From assembly GCF_003018115.1 (NCBI RefSeq), contig NZ_CP027457.1: a stretch of DNA of 64,000 nt. One strand, written 5' to 3'. Of this stretch, positions 1-12,191 are shown piece after piece. Both the position numbers and the translations under genes were made by a program. How positions within the stretch are numbered: the stretch's first letter is position 1; each line of letters opens with the position of its first letter. The DNA is from Escherichia coli (GTDB lineage Bacteria > Pseudomonadota > Gammaproteobacteria > Enterobacterales > Enterobacteriaceae). Below the pieces are notes generated by a model. That model worked only from the letters and a program-made list of their open reading frames with translations, was not told the DNA's origin and made no database searches.

Positions 1-657
1 ACCTGGGTCGGCGGCATTGGTATGCGCTATCGTTTGTACTCCCGACTAGGGTTACCGGGCAGCACTATTACGCGGATTTTCTCGCTCAGTATTACCACCA
101 ACTGGCTGGGCTATATTTTACTGGCAGGGATTATCTTTACCGCAGGCGTGGTGGAGTTGCCGGACCACTGGTATGTCGATCAAACCACGCTGCGCATTCT
201 CGGCATTGGCTTACTGATGATTATTGCGGTTTATTTGTGGTTTTGCGCTTTCGCGAAGCACCGCCATATGACCATCAAAGGGCAAAAGCTGGTGCTGCCT
301 TCGTGGAAATTCGCCCTCGCCCAGATGCTGATTTCCAGCGTTAACTGGATGGTAATGGGAGCGATAATCTGGCTGTTACTTGGTCAAAGCGTGAACTATT
401 TCTTTGTACTGGGCGTGTTGCTGGTTAGTAGTATTGCTGGTGTCATCGTGCATATTCCGGCGGGGATTGGTGTGCTGGAAGCGGTGTTTATCGCACTACT
501 GGCTGGGGAGCATACATCCAAGGGCACAATTATCGCCGCCCTACTCGCTTACCGTGTGCTGTATTACTTTATCCCGCTGCTGCTGGCGCTGATCTGTTAC
601 CTGTTGCTGGAAAGCCAGGCGAAGAAGCTGCGGGCGAAAAATGAAGCGGCGATGTGA
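1..657 (+). CDS. ybhN: Inner membrane protein YbhN (UPF0104 family), C-terminal part; 5' end lies outside the window
   Basis: Multi-TM hydrophobic translation in the expected position next to ybhL/moa; ORF open to the window start. Confidence 0.65.
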   Translation, partial: TWVGGIGMRYRLYSRLGLPGSTITRIFSLSITTNWLGYILLAGIIFTAGVVELPDHWYVDQTTLRILGIGLLMIIAVYLWFCAFAKHRHMTIKGQKLVLPSWKFALAQMLISSVNWMVMGAIIWLLLGQSVNYFFVLGVLLVSSIAGVIVHIPAGIGVLEAVFIALLAGEHTSKGTIIAALLAYRVLYYFIPLLLALICYLLLESQAKKLRAKNEAAM

Positions 658-660
658 AGT

Positions 661-939
661 TCAGTTAAGTTCTTTTGGTTTAAGTTCGGGATGCTGTTTA
701 TAGATGGGGTTCATGATGTCGATTAGCATGCGCCCCATTATTTCACCGATGGCGGAACGATAAGTATCAAGCTCAGATTCATCGCAAGTTTGCTGAACAA
801 GTGAAACGGAATTATCTAATTTCGCACCAATCTCAAGCATTAATGCACTAATTTCTGCTGCGACAGTTTTATCTTTAAACATTCTACAAATCCTTATTAT
901 TGCTAAATTCAAAGGAAACCACGTTTTCCATTTCATCAC
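661..939 (-). CDS. Hypothetical acidic protein in AT-rich segment (possible 3' part of a frameshifted gene)
   Basis: 92-aa ORF directly abutting the ybhN stop; overlaps upstream ORF. Confidence 0.3.
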   Translation of the reverse strand: MMKWKTWFPLNLAIIRICRMFKDKTVAAEISALMLEIGAKLDNSVSLVQQTCDESELDTYRSAIGEIMGRMLIDIMNPIYKQHPELKPKELN

Positions 940-1252
940 TTAAGGGATAATCATCTCTTTTTGTATAGATCAAATCGGTTGTTTGGAGAATTAGTTCTTG
1001 TATGACAGTCTCGAGCCTTTCAGGGATCAGCGATTCAATATCTTCAAGCTCACAACCATGATAAATTATATCTAGTAATTCTTTATCACAACCTTTCCTC
1101 CGTAGAGTACGGGCAAAAAAAGGACAGAAAACAAGTAATTCAGATTCATCTATGGTTACTGCTCCCCTTTCCAGCGAGTGTAAAACCCCTAAAAGCAGAA
1201 TAGCCATAAATTTATCAACATATTTATTTTCTATTGTGCAAACTAATGACAT
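884..1252 (-). CDS. Hypothetical acidic protein in AT-rich segment (possible 5' part of a frameshifted gene)
   Basis: 122-aa ORF, low GC, overlaps next ORF by about 56 nt in another frame. Confidence 0.3.
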   Translation of the reverse strand: MSLVCTIENKYVDKFMAILLLGVLHSLERGAVTIDESELLVFCPFFARTLRRKGCDKELLDIIYHGCELEDIESLIPERLETVIQELILQTTDLIYTKRDDYPLSDEMENVVSFEFSNNKDL

Positions 1253-1303
1253 AAAAACCGCTCTTGTTTAATATCATAAATATTTTTAAATATATCTGGA
1301 ATT

Positions 1304-1648
1304 TCATTTCCTTTTTGCATCAATTTTCTTTAAAAATAACACCGACATATACGATAGCATGAATGATAAAATCATTAAAATAACTCGCAATGGATGCAAA
1401 CCGCCCCACGAAAACAATAAATATAATATTGCAATACAAGATAGTGTGTGCGTGTACTTATTTGCTATAAATGGCGTCAGGTATACCACGGGGAGGAGAA
1501 CAAAAAGCATATAAAAGCGGATAAATCCCAAACCAACTCCGTGACTTGACGGCCTGAAATATGACGTATATATCTCGTGACCGAGGTCATGTGCCATCAC
1601 CATAATCATAACACCTGTAATCGCAATAATTATCTTTATCACTTTCAT
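1304..1648 (-). CDS. Hypothetical small hydrophobic membrane protein
   Basis: 114-aa ORF with hydrophobic stretches, very AT-rich. Confidence 0.3.
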   Translation of the reverse strand: MKVIKIIIAITGVMIMVMAHDLGHEIYTSYFRPSSHGVGLGFIRFYMLFVLLPVVYLTPFIANKYTHTLSCIAILYLLFSWGGLHPLRVILMILSFMLSYMSVLFLKKIDAKRK

Positions 1649-1940
1649 AATTTTATTTCTTCAATATGCGTCCATTACCTGCACCGTGAATGCCTGGGCC
1701 AGACAAGCACAAGAGCGTTCATGGCAGGAAACCGAAACAAGCGAATAAAATCGCAATAGTGTTTTATCCCGCCAGCTACCAGCCACCCTTTGAGGGGCCG
1801 GTTTTTTCCGGGCAAGTAAGTGACAGCGAATTGACGGTTCAAATGAGTTATCTATCCCTGAATTGACGCATACGGATAGTGTGGCATTTGCAGCGACTGA
1901 GTTCTCATGAAAATGAGCGAAACAGCCTTTATATAATCCG

Positions 1941-1964
1941 AAAAAATCCCGGCACCAGGCCGGG
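1941..1964 (-). terminator. Rho-independent terminator downstream of ybhL
   Basis: Hairpin CCGGC-ACCAG-GCCGG followed by a T-tract on the minus strand, just after the ybhL stop. Confidence 0.6.
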
Positions 1965-1984
1965 ATCAGCAGGAAGAAGAGAAT

Positions 1985-2689
1985 TTAACGGCGGTTGCCG
2001 AAGATCCGCAGCAACATCAGGAACAGGTTGATGAAATCGAGATACAGCGTTAATGCGCCAAGAATGGAATATTTGCGCAGGTTCGACGTGTCGCGGGTAT
2101 CTATCTGCTCACCCATATTTTTCAGTTTCTGGGTGTCATACGCCGTCAATCCGACAAAGACAATCACGCCGATGTAGGTGACTGCCCACATCAACGCTTC
2201 GCTTTTCAGCCAGAAGTTGACCAGCGATGCCAACACAATGCCGATTAACGCCATAAACAGCATATTACCAAAGCCGCTTAGATCGCGCTTCGTGGTGTAA
2301 CCATACAGGCTCATTGCGCCGAACATCCCGGCAGTAACGACGAAAGTACTGGCGATAGAAGCAGCGGTATAGACAATGAAAATACTGGAAAGCGTAAGAC
2401 CCGTCAGCGCCGAATAAAGCATAAAGAGCATCGTCGTTACACCTGCGCTCAGCTTTTGAATCATCGCTGATAACACAATAACCAATGCTAATTGCGCGAT
2501 GATCAGACCGATTAAAAAGACACGGTTAGTGAACAACAGCTCCATCACGGCCGCGGAATTAGCCGCATACCAGGCAACAAATGCGGTCAGCAACAAGCCA
2601 ACGGTCATCCAGCCATAGACTTGCGCCATATAAGTTTGCAAGCCAGCCCGGGGTTGTACGATTGAATCAGAACGTGGGAATCTGTCCAT
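1985..2689 (-). CDS. ybhL: BAX inhibitor-1 family inner membrane protein YbhL
   Basis: Translation MDRFPRSDSIVQPRAGLQTYMAQVYGWMTVGLL..., about 234 aa, 7-TM BI-1 pattern. Confidence 0.85.
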   Translation of the reverse strand: MDRFPRSDSIVQPRAGLQTYMAQVYGWMTVGLLLTAFVAWYAANSAAVMELLFTNRVFLIGLIIAQLALVIVLSAMIQKLSAGVTTMLFMLYSALTGLTLSSIFIVYTAASIASTFVVTAGMFGAMSLYGYTTKRDLSGFGNMLFMALIGIVLASLVNFWLKSEALMWAVTYIGVIVFVGLTAYDTQKLKNMGEQIDTRDTSNLRKYSILGALTLYLDFINLFLMLLRIFGNRR

Positions 2690-2825
2690 GACGATCTCCT
2701 GAAGATATAAGGAATATCTTAAGGATACTGCAAAATGATGAGGCTGTGCATCGACGCAGCGTAAACGCATGTACTGAGCGGTGAAATTGCCGGACGCAGC
2801 GGTGCCTTATCCGGCTAACAAAAAA

Positions 2826-3278
2826 CTACCAGCGTTTTGCTGCCTGCTGATCGCTCTCCCGAGCTTCAACCCAGCGGTCGCCTTCAGGCGTGGCTTCGCG
2901 CTTCCAGAACGGTGCGCGGGTTTTGAGATAATCCATAATAAACTGCCCGGCTTCAAACGCACTGCTGCGATGCGCACTGGTGACACCGACAAAAACAATT
3001 TCATCGCCCGGCCATAATTCCCCGATGCGGTGAATCACCGTGACGCGCCCCAGCGGCCAGCGGTTACGCGCTTCATCGACAATTTCTGCCAGTGCTTTTT
3101 CAGTCATCCCCGGATAGTGTTCGAGGGTTAATGCTTTGACGCTGTCGCCCAGGTTATGGTTGCGCACCTTACCAGTAAAGGTGACTACCGCACCGTCTTC
3201 GTCACGCTCCGCCAGCCACGGGTACTCTTCTCCTACGCTGAACGGCTGCGGACCAACAACAATTTTGGTTTCTGCCAT
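2826..3278 (-). CDS. moaE: Molybdopterin synthase catalytic subunit MoaE
   Basis: 150-aa translation MAETKIVVGPQPFSVGEEYPWL...; operon order moaA-E. Confidence 0.92.
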   Translation of the reverse strand: MAETKIVVGPQPFSVGEEYPWLAERDEDGAVVTFTGKVRNHNLGDSVKALTLEHYPGMTEKALAEIVDEARNRWPLGRVTVIHRIGELWPGDEIVFVGVTSAHRSSAFEAGQFIMDYLKTRAPFWKREATPEGDRWVEARESDQQAAKRW

Positions 3279-3279
3279 C

Positions 3280-3525
3280 TTAACCTCCGGTTACCGGCGG
3301 GAAGAAAGCTACTTCGTCGCCGTCAGTCAGCGGATGGTCAAAACTCACCAGCGTCTGGTTGACGGCAGCCAGTAATTTGCCATCTTCCAGCGCCAGCGCC
3401 CAGCGATCGCTCTGCGCAGCCAGGTGCTGGCGTAACGCTTCAACGGTTGGGAAATCCGCAGCCACTTCGGTTGCATCTGTTCCTACCAACTCGCGCACCT
3501 GGGCGAAAAAAAGAACTTTAATCAT
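3280..3525 (-). CDS. moaD: Molybdopterin synthase sulfur carrier subunit MoaD
   Basis: 81-aa translation [17 protein letters not shown]... ending in GG. Confidence 0.9.
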   Translation of the reverse strand: MIKVLFFAQVRELVGTDATEVAADFPTVEALRQHLAAQSDRWALALEDGKLLAAVNQTLVSFDHPLTDGDEVAFFPPVTGG

Positions 3526-4003
3526 CCGCTTCCACCTTAAAGTCACCTGACTTGCCGCCGCTCTTCGCCAGCAAACGTACCGGACCAATCACCATATCTT
3601 TTTGCACCGCTTTGCACATGTCATAAATGGTCAGCGCCGCCACGGAGGCCGCGGTTAACGCTTCCATTTCGACACCGGTTTTCCCGGTCAGGCGGCATAA
3701 GGTTTCTATACGCACCCGATTGTGCTCCGGCTCGGCCTGTAAATTGACTTCAACTTTGCTGAGCATCAGCGGATGACACAGCGGGATCAGATCCCAGGTG
3801 CGTTTTGCCGCCTGAATACCGGCAATACGCGCAGTGGCAAATACGTCGCCTTTGTGGTGGCGACCATCAATAATCATCGCCAGCGTCTCGCTGCGCATGG
3901 TGACAAAGGCTTCCACCCGCGCTTCACGCACGGTTTCCGCTTTGGCGGAGACATCCACCATGTGCGCTTCGCCAGCGGCGTTGATATGGGTCAGTTGCGA
4001 CAT
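3518..4003 (-). CDS. moaC: Cyclic pyranopterin monophosphate synthase MoaC
   Basis: 161-aa translation [21 protein letters not shown]... Confidence 0.92.
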   Translation of the reverse strand: MSQLTHINAAGEAHMVDVSAKAETVREARVEAFVTMRSETLAMIIDGRHHKGDVFATARIAGIQAAKRTWDLIPLCHPLMLSKVEVNLQAEPEHNRVRIETLCRLTGKTGVEMEALTAASVAALTIYDMCKAVQKDMVIGPVRLLAKSGGKSGDFKVEADD

Positions 4004-4005
4004 AC

Positions 4006-4518
4006 TTATTTCTTCAAATGTGGATGGAAATTACACGGACGCGTACGGGCATCCAGCTGCGGCGCGATGATATTTTCCCATGCGGTACGGCACGCTTTGG
4101 TCGAACCCGGCATGGCGAAAATCAGCGTTTTGTTAGCGACGCCCGCTACCGCACGAGATTGCAACGTGGAAGTGCCAATCTCTTCAAACGACAACATACG
4201 GAACACTTCACCAAAACCTTCAACTTCACGGTCGAACAACGGCAGCAATGCTTCGGGAGCCTGATCACCTTCCGTCAGGCCAGTCCCCCCCGTAATCAAC
4301 ACCACTTGTACATCGTCGCTGGCGATCCACGCAGATACCTGAGCGCGAATAGCGTAGCGGTTTTCTTTCACAATGGCTTTATCGACAACGTGATGGCCCG
4401 CTTCTTGCGCCGAATCGCGCAAATAGTGACCGGAGGTATCGTCTTCTTCACCGCGACGATTAGAAACCGTAAGAATAGCAATACGGGTCGGGATAAATTC
4501 AGTGCTTACCTGACTCAT
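4006..4518 (-). CDS. moaB: Molybdenum cofactor biosynthesis protein MoaB
   Basis: 170-aa translation [30 protein letters not shown]... Confidence 0.92.
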
Positions 4519-4539
4519 CTGATCTCTCCTTTTGACGTT

Positions 4540-5529
4540 TTAGCCGCCAATGTACGATAAGTTTTGCGTAATACCGGTGTTGTTTTGATGCAGGAAATGG
4601 GTCTGTTTCTTCTCCCGCAGCGCCGCTGAAATACGCGCTTCCAGCGCCTGTTGCTGGGCATCGTCTTCCAGCAGATCGCGCAGGTTAACACCGCCTTCAC
4701 CAAACAGGCAGAGATGGAGTTTACCAATGGAGGAAACGCGCAGACGGTTGCAAGTGGCGCAGAAGTCTTTTTCATACGGCATGATAAGGCCAATCTCTCC
4801 GGCGTAATCCGGATGACAAAAGACTTGCGCGGGACCGTCGCTGCGTTGACGTAATTGGTGGATCCAGCCGCGACGCAGTAGCTCGTCACGCAGAACCTGA
4901 CCAGAGATGTGATGCTTACGGAAGAGCTCGCTGCCCTCGCCCGTTTCCATCAGTTCGATGAAACGCAGCTGGATGGGACGATGCTGGATCCAGTTCAGAA
5001 AGGTGTCGAGCTGGTGATGATTAACATCACGCATCAGCACTGTATTGACTTTGACCTTCTCAAAACCGGCCTCAAATGCAGCATCAATCCCCGCCATGAC
5101 CTGGTTGAATTTATCCTGCCCGGTAATAGCGTGAAACTGGCGGGCGTCCAGACTGTCGACACTGACGTTGATGCCAGTAAGTCCAGCATCGCGCCAGTTC
5201 GCCACATCGCGTTCCAGACGGTAACCATTGGTGGTGACCGCAATCTGGCGGATAGCGTCGTTTTCTCGCACAGCGGCGATGATATCGGTAAAGTCGCGGC
5301 GTAAAGACGGCTCACCGCCTGTCAGGCGCACTTTTTCGGTGCCCAGACTGGCGAAGGCGCGCGTAACCCGGCGAATTTCATCGACGGTCAGAAAGCCTTT
5401 ATTGGTGACGCCGCTCGGTTTGTAGCCATCCGGCAGGCAGTAGGTGCAACGAAAGTTACACACATCGGTAATCGACAGGCGCAAGTAGTAAAACTTACGC
5501 GCAAATGCATCAGTCAGTTGTGAAGCCAT
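4540..5529 (-). CDS. moaA: GTP 3',8-cyclase MoaA (radical SAM)
   Basis: Translation from [31 protein letters not shown] (CxxxCxxC radical SAM motif); 329 aa. Confidence 0.92.
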   Translation of the reverse strand: MASQLTDAFARKFYYLRLSITDVCNFRCTYCLPDGYKPSGVTNKGFLTVDEIRRVTRAFASLGTEKVRLTGGEPSLRRDFTDIIAAVRENDAIRQIAVTTNGYRLERDVANWRDAGLTGINVSVDSLDARQFHAITGQDKFNQVMAGIDAAFEAGFEKVKVNTVLMRDVNHHQLDTFLNWIQHRPIQLRFIELMETGEGSELFRKHHISGQVLRDELLRRGWIHQLRQRSDGPAQVFCHPDYAGEIGLIMPYEKDFCATCNRLRVSSIGKLHLCLFGEGGVNLRDLLEDDAQQQALEARISAALREKKQTHFLHQNNTGITQNLSYIGG

Positions 5530-5534
5530 GTACA

Positions 5535-5680
5535 CCTTTCCAGATACGGGAGGCGAAGTCATTTCTTCCTTCGCCCTGGTGGCAATCTTTACGAGCATTG
5601 TCACGGCCAAAGCACCGTATCAGTTGACCCAGGTGCAGAGGCTAGAGTGTTTAGTGGTTAAGCCGATACTAGCGTGTAAA
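5535..5680 (-). ncRNA. Probable molybdenum cofactor (Moco) riboswitch in the moaA leader
   Basis: Position only: structured 5' UTR immediately upstream of moaA, where E. coli carries the Moco RNA motif; boundaries approximate. Confidence 0.4.
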
Positions 5681-5865
5681 CGAGATTTTTACCATCCACA
5701 CTTTCGCTATGTAATCATGTATATAGCGTCATGATCGTGCTATTTCGCTACAGAATAAGGGAAAATGGCGGTTTTACTTTGATATACATCATCAGGGAGG
5801 CATAGCGTACATCGTCCTTTAGAGGTAGAAGAAAATAGTTTGTATCCTCAATATTGGCAGGTTAA

Positions 5866-6834
<969 letters not shown>

Positions 6835-6887
6835 CGGAAATCCGAAGGAAAATTCCGGCTTCCTATTGAAGACAAAGTGCGCGTTGT

Positions 6888-6990
6888 TTATGCCGGATGC
6901 GGCGTGAACGCCTTATCCGGCCTACAAACCGCGCTAATTCAATGTATTGCAGAATCATGTAGGCCTGATAAGCGTAGCACATCAGGCAAT
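6888..6990. repeat. REP (repetitive extragenic palindrome) pair
   Basis: GCCGGATGCGGCGTGAACGCCTTATCCGGCCTACA and TGTAGGCCTGATAAGCGTAGCACATCAGGCA motifs. Confidence 0.75.
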
Positions 6991-7024
6991 TTTGCTTTTG
7001 TCATCTGTCTTCTTCGTTATCCTG

Positions 7025-9046
7025 TCACGAAGCCGCGATAAATAATTCACGCAGCTGATGCAACTGGTCACGAATTTGTGCCGCTTCTTCGAACTCCAGA
7101 TTCTGCGCGTGTTGCATCATTAACCCTTCCAGCTCATGGATTTTCTGTTGCAACGCTTTAGGCGACATATCCATCGGCACATTATCCGGCTCAACAATCG
7201 GTCGCGATTTTCCTCTGCCCTTCGCTTTGGTTTTAGCAATGTTCTGCCCCAACGCCAGGATATCGACCACTTTCTTGTTCAAGCCTTGCGGCGTAATGCC
7301 GTGTTCCTCGTTGTACTTCTGCTGTTTCTCGCGGCGACGTTCGGTTTCGCCAATCGCTTTCGCCATTGATGGGGTGATCTTATCGCCGTAGAGAATCGCT
7401 TTACCGTTAACGTTACGTGCCGCACGACCAATGGTCTGGATCAACGAACGTTCGGAACGCAGGAAGCCTTCTTTGTCAGCGTCGAGGATCGCCACCAGCG
7501 ACACTTCCGGCATATCCAGACCTTCGCGCAGTAAGTTGATCCCTACCAGCACGTCGAACTCACCCAGACGCAAGTCGCGGATGATTTCCATACGTTCGAC
7601 GGTGTCGATATCTGAGTGAAGATAACGCACGCGCTCGCCGTGTTCTTCGAGATATTCCGTGAGATCTTCCGCCATCCGCTTGGTCAGAGTTGTAACCAGT
7701 ACGCGTTCGTTAATTGCCGCTCGCTGACGAATCTCCGAAAGAAGATCATCAACCTGTGTCGCCACCGGCCGCACTTCGATAATCGGGTCAAGCAATCCGG
7801 TTGGACGCACCACCTGATCCACCACATCGCCGCCGGATTTTTCCAGCTCATAATTACCTGGCGTCGCCGAAACATAGATGGTTTGCGGCGCTAATGCTTG
7901 GAACTCTTCAAATTTCAGCGGACGGTTATCTAGCGCTGATGGCAGGCGGAAGCCGTACTCCACCAGTGTCTCTTTACGCGCCCGGTCACCGCGATACATG
8001 CCGCCAATTTGTGGAATGGTGACGTGAGATTCATCGACCACCAGCAGCCCATCGGCAGGGAGGTAATCAAACAGCGTCGGCGGTGGCTCACCCGGTCCAC
8101 GACCGGAGAGGAAGCGCGAGTAGTTTTCAATCCCCGAACAGTAGCCCAGCTCGTTCATCATCTCCAGATCAAACTGGGTACGCTGGGTCAGCCGCTGCTC
8201 TTCCAGCAGTTTGTTGTTTTCCAACAGCACTTTGCGTCTGGCGGCCAGTTCTTCTTTGATCTCCTCCATCGCCTGTACGATGCGCTCACGTGGCGTAACG
8301 TAGTGCGTTTTCGGGTAGATGGTAAAACGTGGAATGGTGGAAACAATCTGTCCGGTCAGCGGGTCAAATAACGACAATCGTTCCACTTCCTCGTCAAACA
8401 GTTCCACGCGAAGTGCAATGTCATCCGATTCTGCCGGGAAGATATCAATCACCTCGCCCCGAACACGGAAAGTACCACGCTGGAATGCTTGATCATTACG
8501 AGCGTATTGCAGCTCCGCCAGTCGGCGCAGAATCGCGCGCTGATCGATAATCATACCGACCGTGAGATGGAGCATCATCTTGAGATATAAATCAGGATCG
8601 CCCAGACCATAAATCGCGGAAACAGACGCCACCACAACCACATCACGCCGCTCCAGCATCGCTTTGGTGGCGGACAAACGCATCTGCTCAATATGTTCGT
8701 TAACCGAGGCATCTTTCTCAATGAAGGTGTCGGAACTCGGTACATAGGCTTCCGGCTGATAGTAGTCGTAGTAGGAGACGAAATACTCCACCGCGTTTTC
8801 CGGGAAGAACTCTTTCATTTCGCCATACAGCTGGGCCGCCAGCGTTTTGTTGGGCGCAAGTACCATGGTTGGGCGCTGAAGGTCAGCAATGACATTGGCA
8901 ATGGTGAAGGTTTTCCCGGAGCCAGTCACGCCAAGTAACGTCTGGTGCGCCAGGCCATCTTCCAGCCCCTCTTCGAGACGTCGAATCGCCTCTGGCTGAT
9001 CGCCAGAAGGTTTAAAAGCGGAATTCAGTTTGAACGGTTTACTCAT
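7025..9046 (-). CDS. uvrB: Excinuclease ABC subunit B UvrB
   Basis: 673-aa translation [47 protein letters not shown]... Confidence 0.97.
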   Translation of the reverse strand: MSKPFKLNSAFKPSGDQPEAIRRLEEGLEDGLAHQTLLGVTGSGKTFTIANVIADLQRPTMVLAPNKTLAAQLYGEMKEFFPENAVEYFVSYYDYYQPEAYVPSSDTFIEKDASVNEHIEQMRLSATKAMLERRDVVVVASVSAIYGLGDPDLYLKMMLHLTVGMIIDQRAILRRLAELQYARNDQAFQRGTFRVRGEVIDIFPAESDDIALRVELFDEEVERLSLFDPLTGQIVSTIPRFTIYPKTHYVTPRERIVQAMEEIKEELAARRKVLLENNKLLEEQRLTQRTQFDLEMMNELGYCSGIENYSRFLSGRGPGEPPPTLFDYLPADGLLVVDESHVTIPQIGGMYRGDRARKETLVEYGFRLPSALDNRPLKFEEFQALAPQTIYVSATPGNYELEKSGGDVVDQVVRPTGLLDPIIEVRPVATQVDDLLSEIRQRAAINERVLVTTLTKRMAEDLTEYLEEHGERVRYLHSDIDTVERMEIIRDLRLGEFDVLVGINLLREGLDMPEVSLVAILDADKEGFLRSERSLIQTIGRAARNVNGKAILYGDKITPSMAKAIGETERRREKQQKYNEEHGITPQGLNKKVVDILALGQNIAKTKAKGRGKSRPIVEPDNVPMDMSPKALQQKIHELEGLMMQHAQNLEFEEAAQIRDQLHQLRELFIAAS

Positions 9047-9120
9047 GAGTCGCTACCTGAAGGAGTTGGGCGGGCAGGTATGTAATTTTACTCGTCGTAC
9101 TTAATTATGCCAACAAATTA

Positions 9121-9140
9121 TACTGGATAAAAAAACAGTT
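9121..9140 (-). promoter_or_regulatory. LexA (SOS) box in the uvrB promoter region
   Basis: Minus-strand CTGTTTTTTTATCCAG (CTG-N10-CAG) about 80 bp upstream of uvrB. Confidence 0.7.
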
Positions 9141-9624
9141 CATCACCATAATATTTCTGTTACAGCGTAAACTCCGCTGTCAATCATGAGTAAAATTTAC
9201 TCTGTGGCGAGATAAAACTCCGGCCTTACCGGGTTATCCCCAAATCAACGGCTTTTTTAACATTTGTCAAGATGAGTGATGACAGTTTTATGGCAAGAGA
9301 TGCCTGTTCAGTGACTGCCATTGCAATTATCTAACCAGTTAAAAAATAAAAGATATTTCTTTGAGCCGTCTTTAACGCCAATTCGCGTGCAAGCCGCGTA
9401 TTCTCTCGCTTGCCTCGTGTTTTCTAACTCTAATACACATGGTTATCCACAGGAATAGTGGATAACTGTCTGCAGCCCCTATCCCCCGCCGCCTGGGCAA
9501 TTCCCACATTCGCCGCATGATGCGGAAGTAAAATTTTTTTCGTGATTATTTTAGAATTTAATTGGTTAAATTGCAGTCAATCGAAGACGCGATCTCGCTC
9601 GCAATTTAACCAAATACAGGATGG

Positions 9625-10302
9625 CTACAACAAGGCAAGGTTTATGTACTTTCCGGTTGCCGCATTTTCTGGATTTTCTGCAAGCCAGGGGATCTCTCCC
9701 AGCAGCGGCGCGGGAATCATGCGGGTGAGCGTGGTCATATATTCAGCGTGACGTTTTCCCGGAGGCGTGACATCGTTCGCCACCCAACCCGCTAGAGTCA
9801 GCCCGGCGTGTTGTATCGCCTGTGCCGTCAACATCGCGTGATTAATACAGCCAAGTTTCACGCCAACCACCAGTATTACCGGCAGTTGTTCCTGTGTTAC
9901 CCAATCCGCAAAAGTGAAAGTGTCAGAAAGCGGCGTAAACCAGCCGCCAGCGCCTTCCACTAACACCCAGTCAGCCTGTTGTTCAAGCGCGCGTAATCCG
10001 GAGCTCATTACCGATGATTCTATCGGCCTGCCCTCTTGCGCGCTGATGATGTGCGGTGAGGTGGGTTCTGCGAAGGTGTAAGGATTTACCGTTTCGTAAT
10101 CCAGCTGCAGGCTGCTGTTGCGCTGTAACGCCAGCGCGTCACTATTACGTAAACCCTCCGGGGTCTTTTCGCTGCCAGAGGCGACCGGTTTATAACCTGC
10201 CGTCCGATAGCCTGCTGCCTTTGCGGCTTGTAAAAGTGCACAACTGGCGACAGTTTTCCCCACTTCGGTATCCGTTCCGGTGACAAAATAACGTTTACTC
10301 AC
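9625..10302 (-). CDS. bioD: Dethiobiotin synthetase BioD
   Basis: Translation (V/M)[31 protein letters not shown]..., probable GTG start. Confidence 0.92.
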   Translation of the reverse strand: MSKRYFVTGTDTEVGKTVASCALLQAAKAAGYRTAGYKPVASGSEKTPEGLRNSDALALQRNSSLQLDYETVNPYTFAEPTSPHIISAQEGRPIESSVMSSGLRALEQQADWVLVEGAGGWFTPLSDTFTFADWVTQEQLPVILVVGVKLGCINHAMLTAQAIQHAGLTLAGWVANDVTPPGKRHAEYMTTLTRMIPAPLLGEIPWLAENPENAATGKYINLALL

Positions 10303-11050
10303 GAACAATCACTCCCAAAAAAAGATGATACGTCAGAGGATATCGCCCCTGTTGTTGCGGCCAGGCCAGTTGCAATCGCTGCAACTGTGAACGCGTTAAT
10401 ATTCGCTGGTCGCGCCCTTCATGAAGATGCGTGGCACCGATGCCTTTCAGCGAACGCATGGCACTGAGCGCATCATCAAACCATAGTGTGATGGGCTGAA
10501 TATGATGTTGATAATGCACGCCGTTCAGCGACTGTTCGATTTCATCTGGCGGTAAAAAGCGATTAGCATGCGGGCGCTCGTCCACCGCCTGCCACGCCTG
10601 ATGCAGTTCGGGTAACGATCCCTGCACCAGCGTGGTAAACGCGACCACGCCTCCGGGGCGCACCACCCGATACAGCTCGCGGAGTGCCGTTGATAAATTA
10701 CCGCACCACTGCACCGCGAGATTGCTCCATACAAGATCGAACGTCGCAGTCGCTAACGGCAGGGATTCGATATCTCCCGCCAGATAATGATCTGCGGCAT
10801 CTTTATGGCGGGCTTGCGCAAGCATTGGCGGCGAGAGATCTAACGCTGTCACCTGCGCGTGACGCTCTCGCCAGTGGCGGCTCATCCAGCCTGGCCCACA
10901 CCCCGCGTCCAGTACGTGGGTGTATTTACGCTGTGGGAGCATTGCCAGTAAGACGTCAGCACTCTGGCGCTGTAACTCTGCGTGTTGCTCATAGTGCGCG
11001 GCTGCCCGACCAAATGCCGCTGCAATGGCTTGTTTATTAACCGTTGCCAT
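10295..11050 (-). CDS. bioC: Malonyl-ACP O-methyltransferase BioC
   Basis: Translation from [28 protein letters not shown]..., 251 aa, SAM-MTase motif LDAGCGPG. Confidence 0.92.
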   Translation of the reverse strand: MATVNKQAIAAAFGRAAAHYEQHAELQRQSADVLLAMLPQRKYTHVLDAGCGPGWMSRHWRERHAQVTALDLSPPMLAQARHKDAADHYLAGDIESLPLATATFDLVWSNLAVQWCGNLSTALRELYRVVRPGGVVAFTTLVQGSLPELHQAWQAVDERPHANRFLPPDEIEQSLNGVHYQHHIQPITLWFDDALSAMRSLKGIGATHLHEGRDQRILTRSQLQRLQLAWPQQQGRYPLTYHLFLGVIVRE

Positions 11051-12191
11051 GCAGCACCTCCAGCAGACGGTCGATATCCTGCATTTCATGCGCGGAGGTT
11101 AGTGTTAAGCGCAGTCGCGCAGTACCAGCGGGTACGGTTGGCGGGCGAATCGCCGTGACCCAGCAGCCTTGCTGGCGCAGTTTTTCTGCCAGTTGTAACG
11201 CACGGCTGTTATCACCGACGATCAATGGCTGGATGGCGCTGCATGAATCAGCAAGCGTAAACGGCAAATCCTGTACTCCGGCACGAAAACGCGTAATGAG
11301 TGCCGCCAGTTTTTCGCGCCGTGCATCACCCTCATCACTGCGAATGACCGCCAGTGACGCACGTAATGCCTGCGCCTGAGCGGGCGGCATACTGGTGCTG
11401 TAGATAAGATGGCGGGCGAATTGCAGCAGATAATCCGCCACCGTACTGGAGCAAAGCACCGCAGCCCCACTGACGCCAAATCCTTTGCCAAAAGTCACTA
11501 CCAGCAATTCTGGTTTTACCTTTTGCAACCAGCAGGTGCCGCGCCCCTGCTCCCCGATAACGCCCGTGCCGTGGGCATCATCGACCATCAACCAGCCATT
11601 GTGCTGTTGCGTTACCTGCTGGATTTCCGCCAGTGGCGCACTATCGCCGTCCATGCTGAACACGCCTTCTGTCACCACCAGTTGCTGCCCCGGACAGGGG
11701 GAAGCAAGCAGTCGCGCCAGATGAGCGACATCGTTATGGATAAAACGGCGAAGCTGCGACGGGCTTAAACTGGCAGCCTCCAGCAATGAGGCATGGCTAA
11801 GCCGGTCGGCAACAATACGGTCCTCTTTCGCCATCATCGCGGCAATGACCGCCTGATTAGCGGCAAAACCAGAGATAAACAGCAGTGCCCGCGAATAGCC
11901 CAGCCACTCGGCCAGTTCTTCTTCCAGCGCCTGATGCGCCACGCTATAACCGCTGACGTGACCGGAACCGCCGCTACCGACGCCAAATTGCTCCGCCCCC
12001 TGCTTCCAGGCACGGATAATTTGCGGATGATGGCTTAAACCTAAATAATCGTTACTGGAAAAGTTCAGATACTGGCGATCATCCGCCACCAGCCAGCGTC
12101 CGGCTCCTTGCGCCACTGGATAACGGCGACGCAGGGCATCGGCAGCACGCCGCGCATCGAGCGCCGCGTTGATTTTCTCCTGCCAGCTCAT
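11037..12191 (-). CDS. bioF: 8-amino-7-oxononanoate synthase BioF
   Basis: 384-aa translation [52 protein letters not shown]... Confidence 0.93.
   Translation of the reverse strand: MSWQEKINAALDARRAADALRRRYPVAQGAGRWLVADDRQYLNFSSNDYLGLSHHPQIIRAWKQGAEQFGVGSGGSGHVSGYSVAHQALEEELAEWLGYSRALLFISGFAANQAVIAAMMAKEDRIVADRLSHASLLEAASLSPSQLRRFIHNDVAHLARLLASPCPGQQLVVTEGVFSMDGDSAPLAEIQQVTQQHNGWLMVDDAHGTGVIGEQGRGTCWLQKVKPELLVVTFGKGFGVSGAAVLCSSTVADYLLQFARHLIYSTSMPPAQAQALRASLAVIRSDEGDARREKLAALITRFRAGVQDLPFTLADSCSAIQPLIVGDNSRALQLAEKLRQQGCWVTAIRPPTVPAGTARLRLTLTSAHEMQDIDRLLEVLHGNG

Noticed and set aside
22-657. ORF-track call of a complete 211-aa gene starting at position 22
   Set aside because: The reading frame is open to the window edge and the protein is the C-terminal part of a larger membrane protein; treated as partial ybhN.
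3773-4264. 163-aa plus-strand ORF overlapping moaC/moaB
   Set aside because: Antisense to two well-supported moa genes with no independent signals; typical spurious ORF in GC-rich coding DNA.
7136-8938. Several 60-120 aa plus-strand ORFs inside uvrB
   Set aside because: All lie antisense within the uvrB coding sequence, which is strongly supported.
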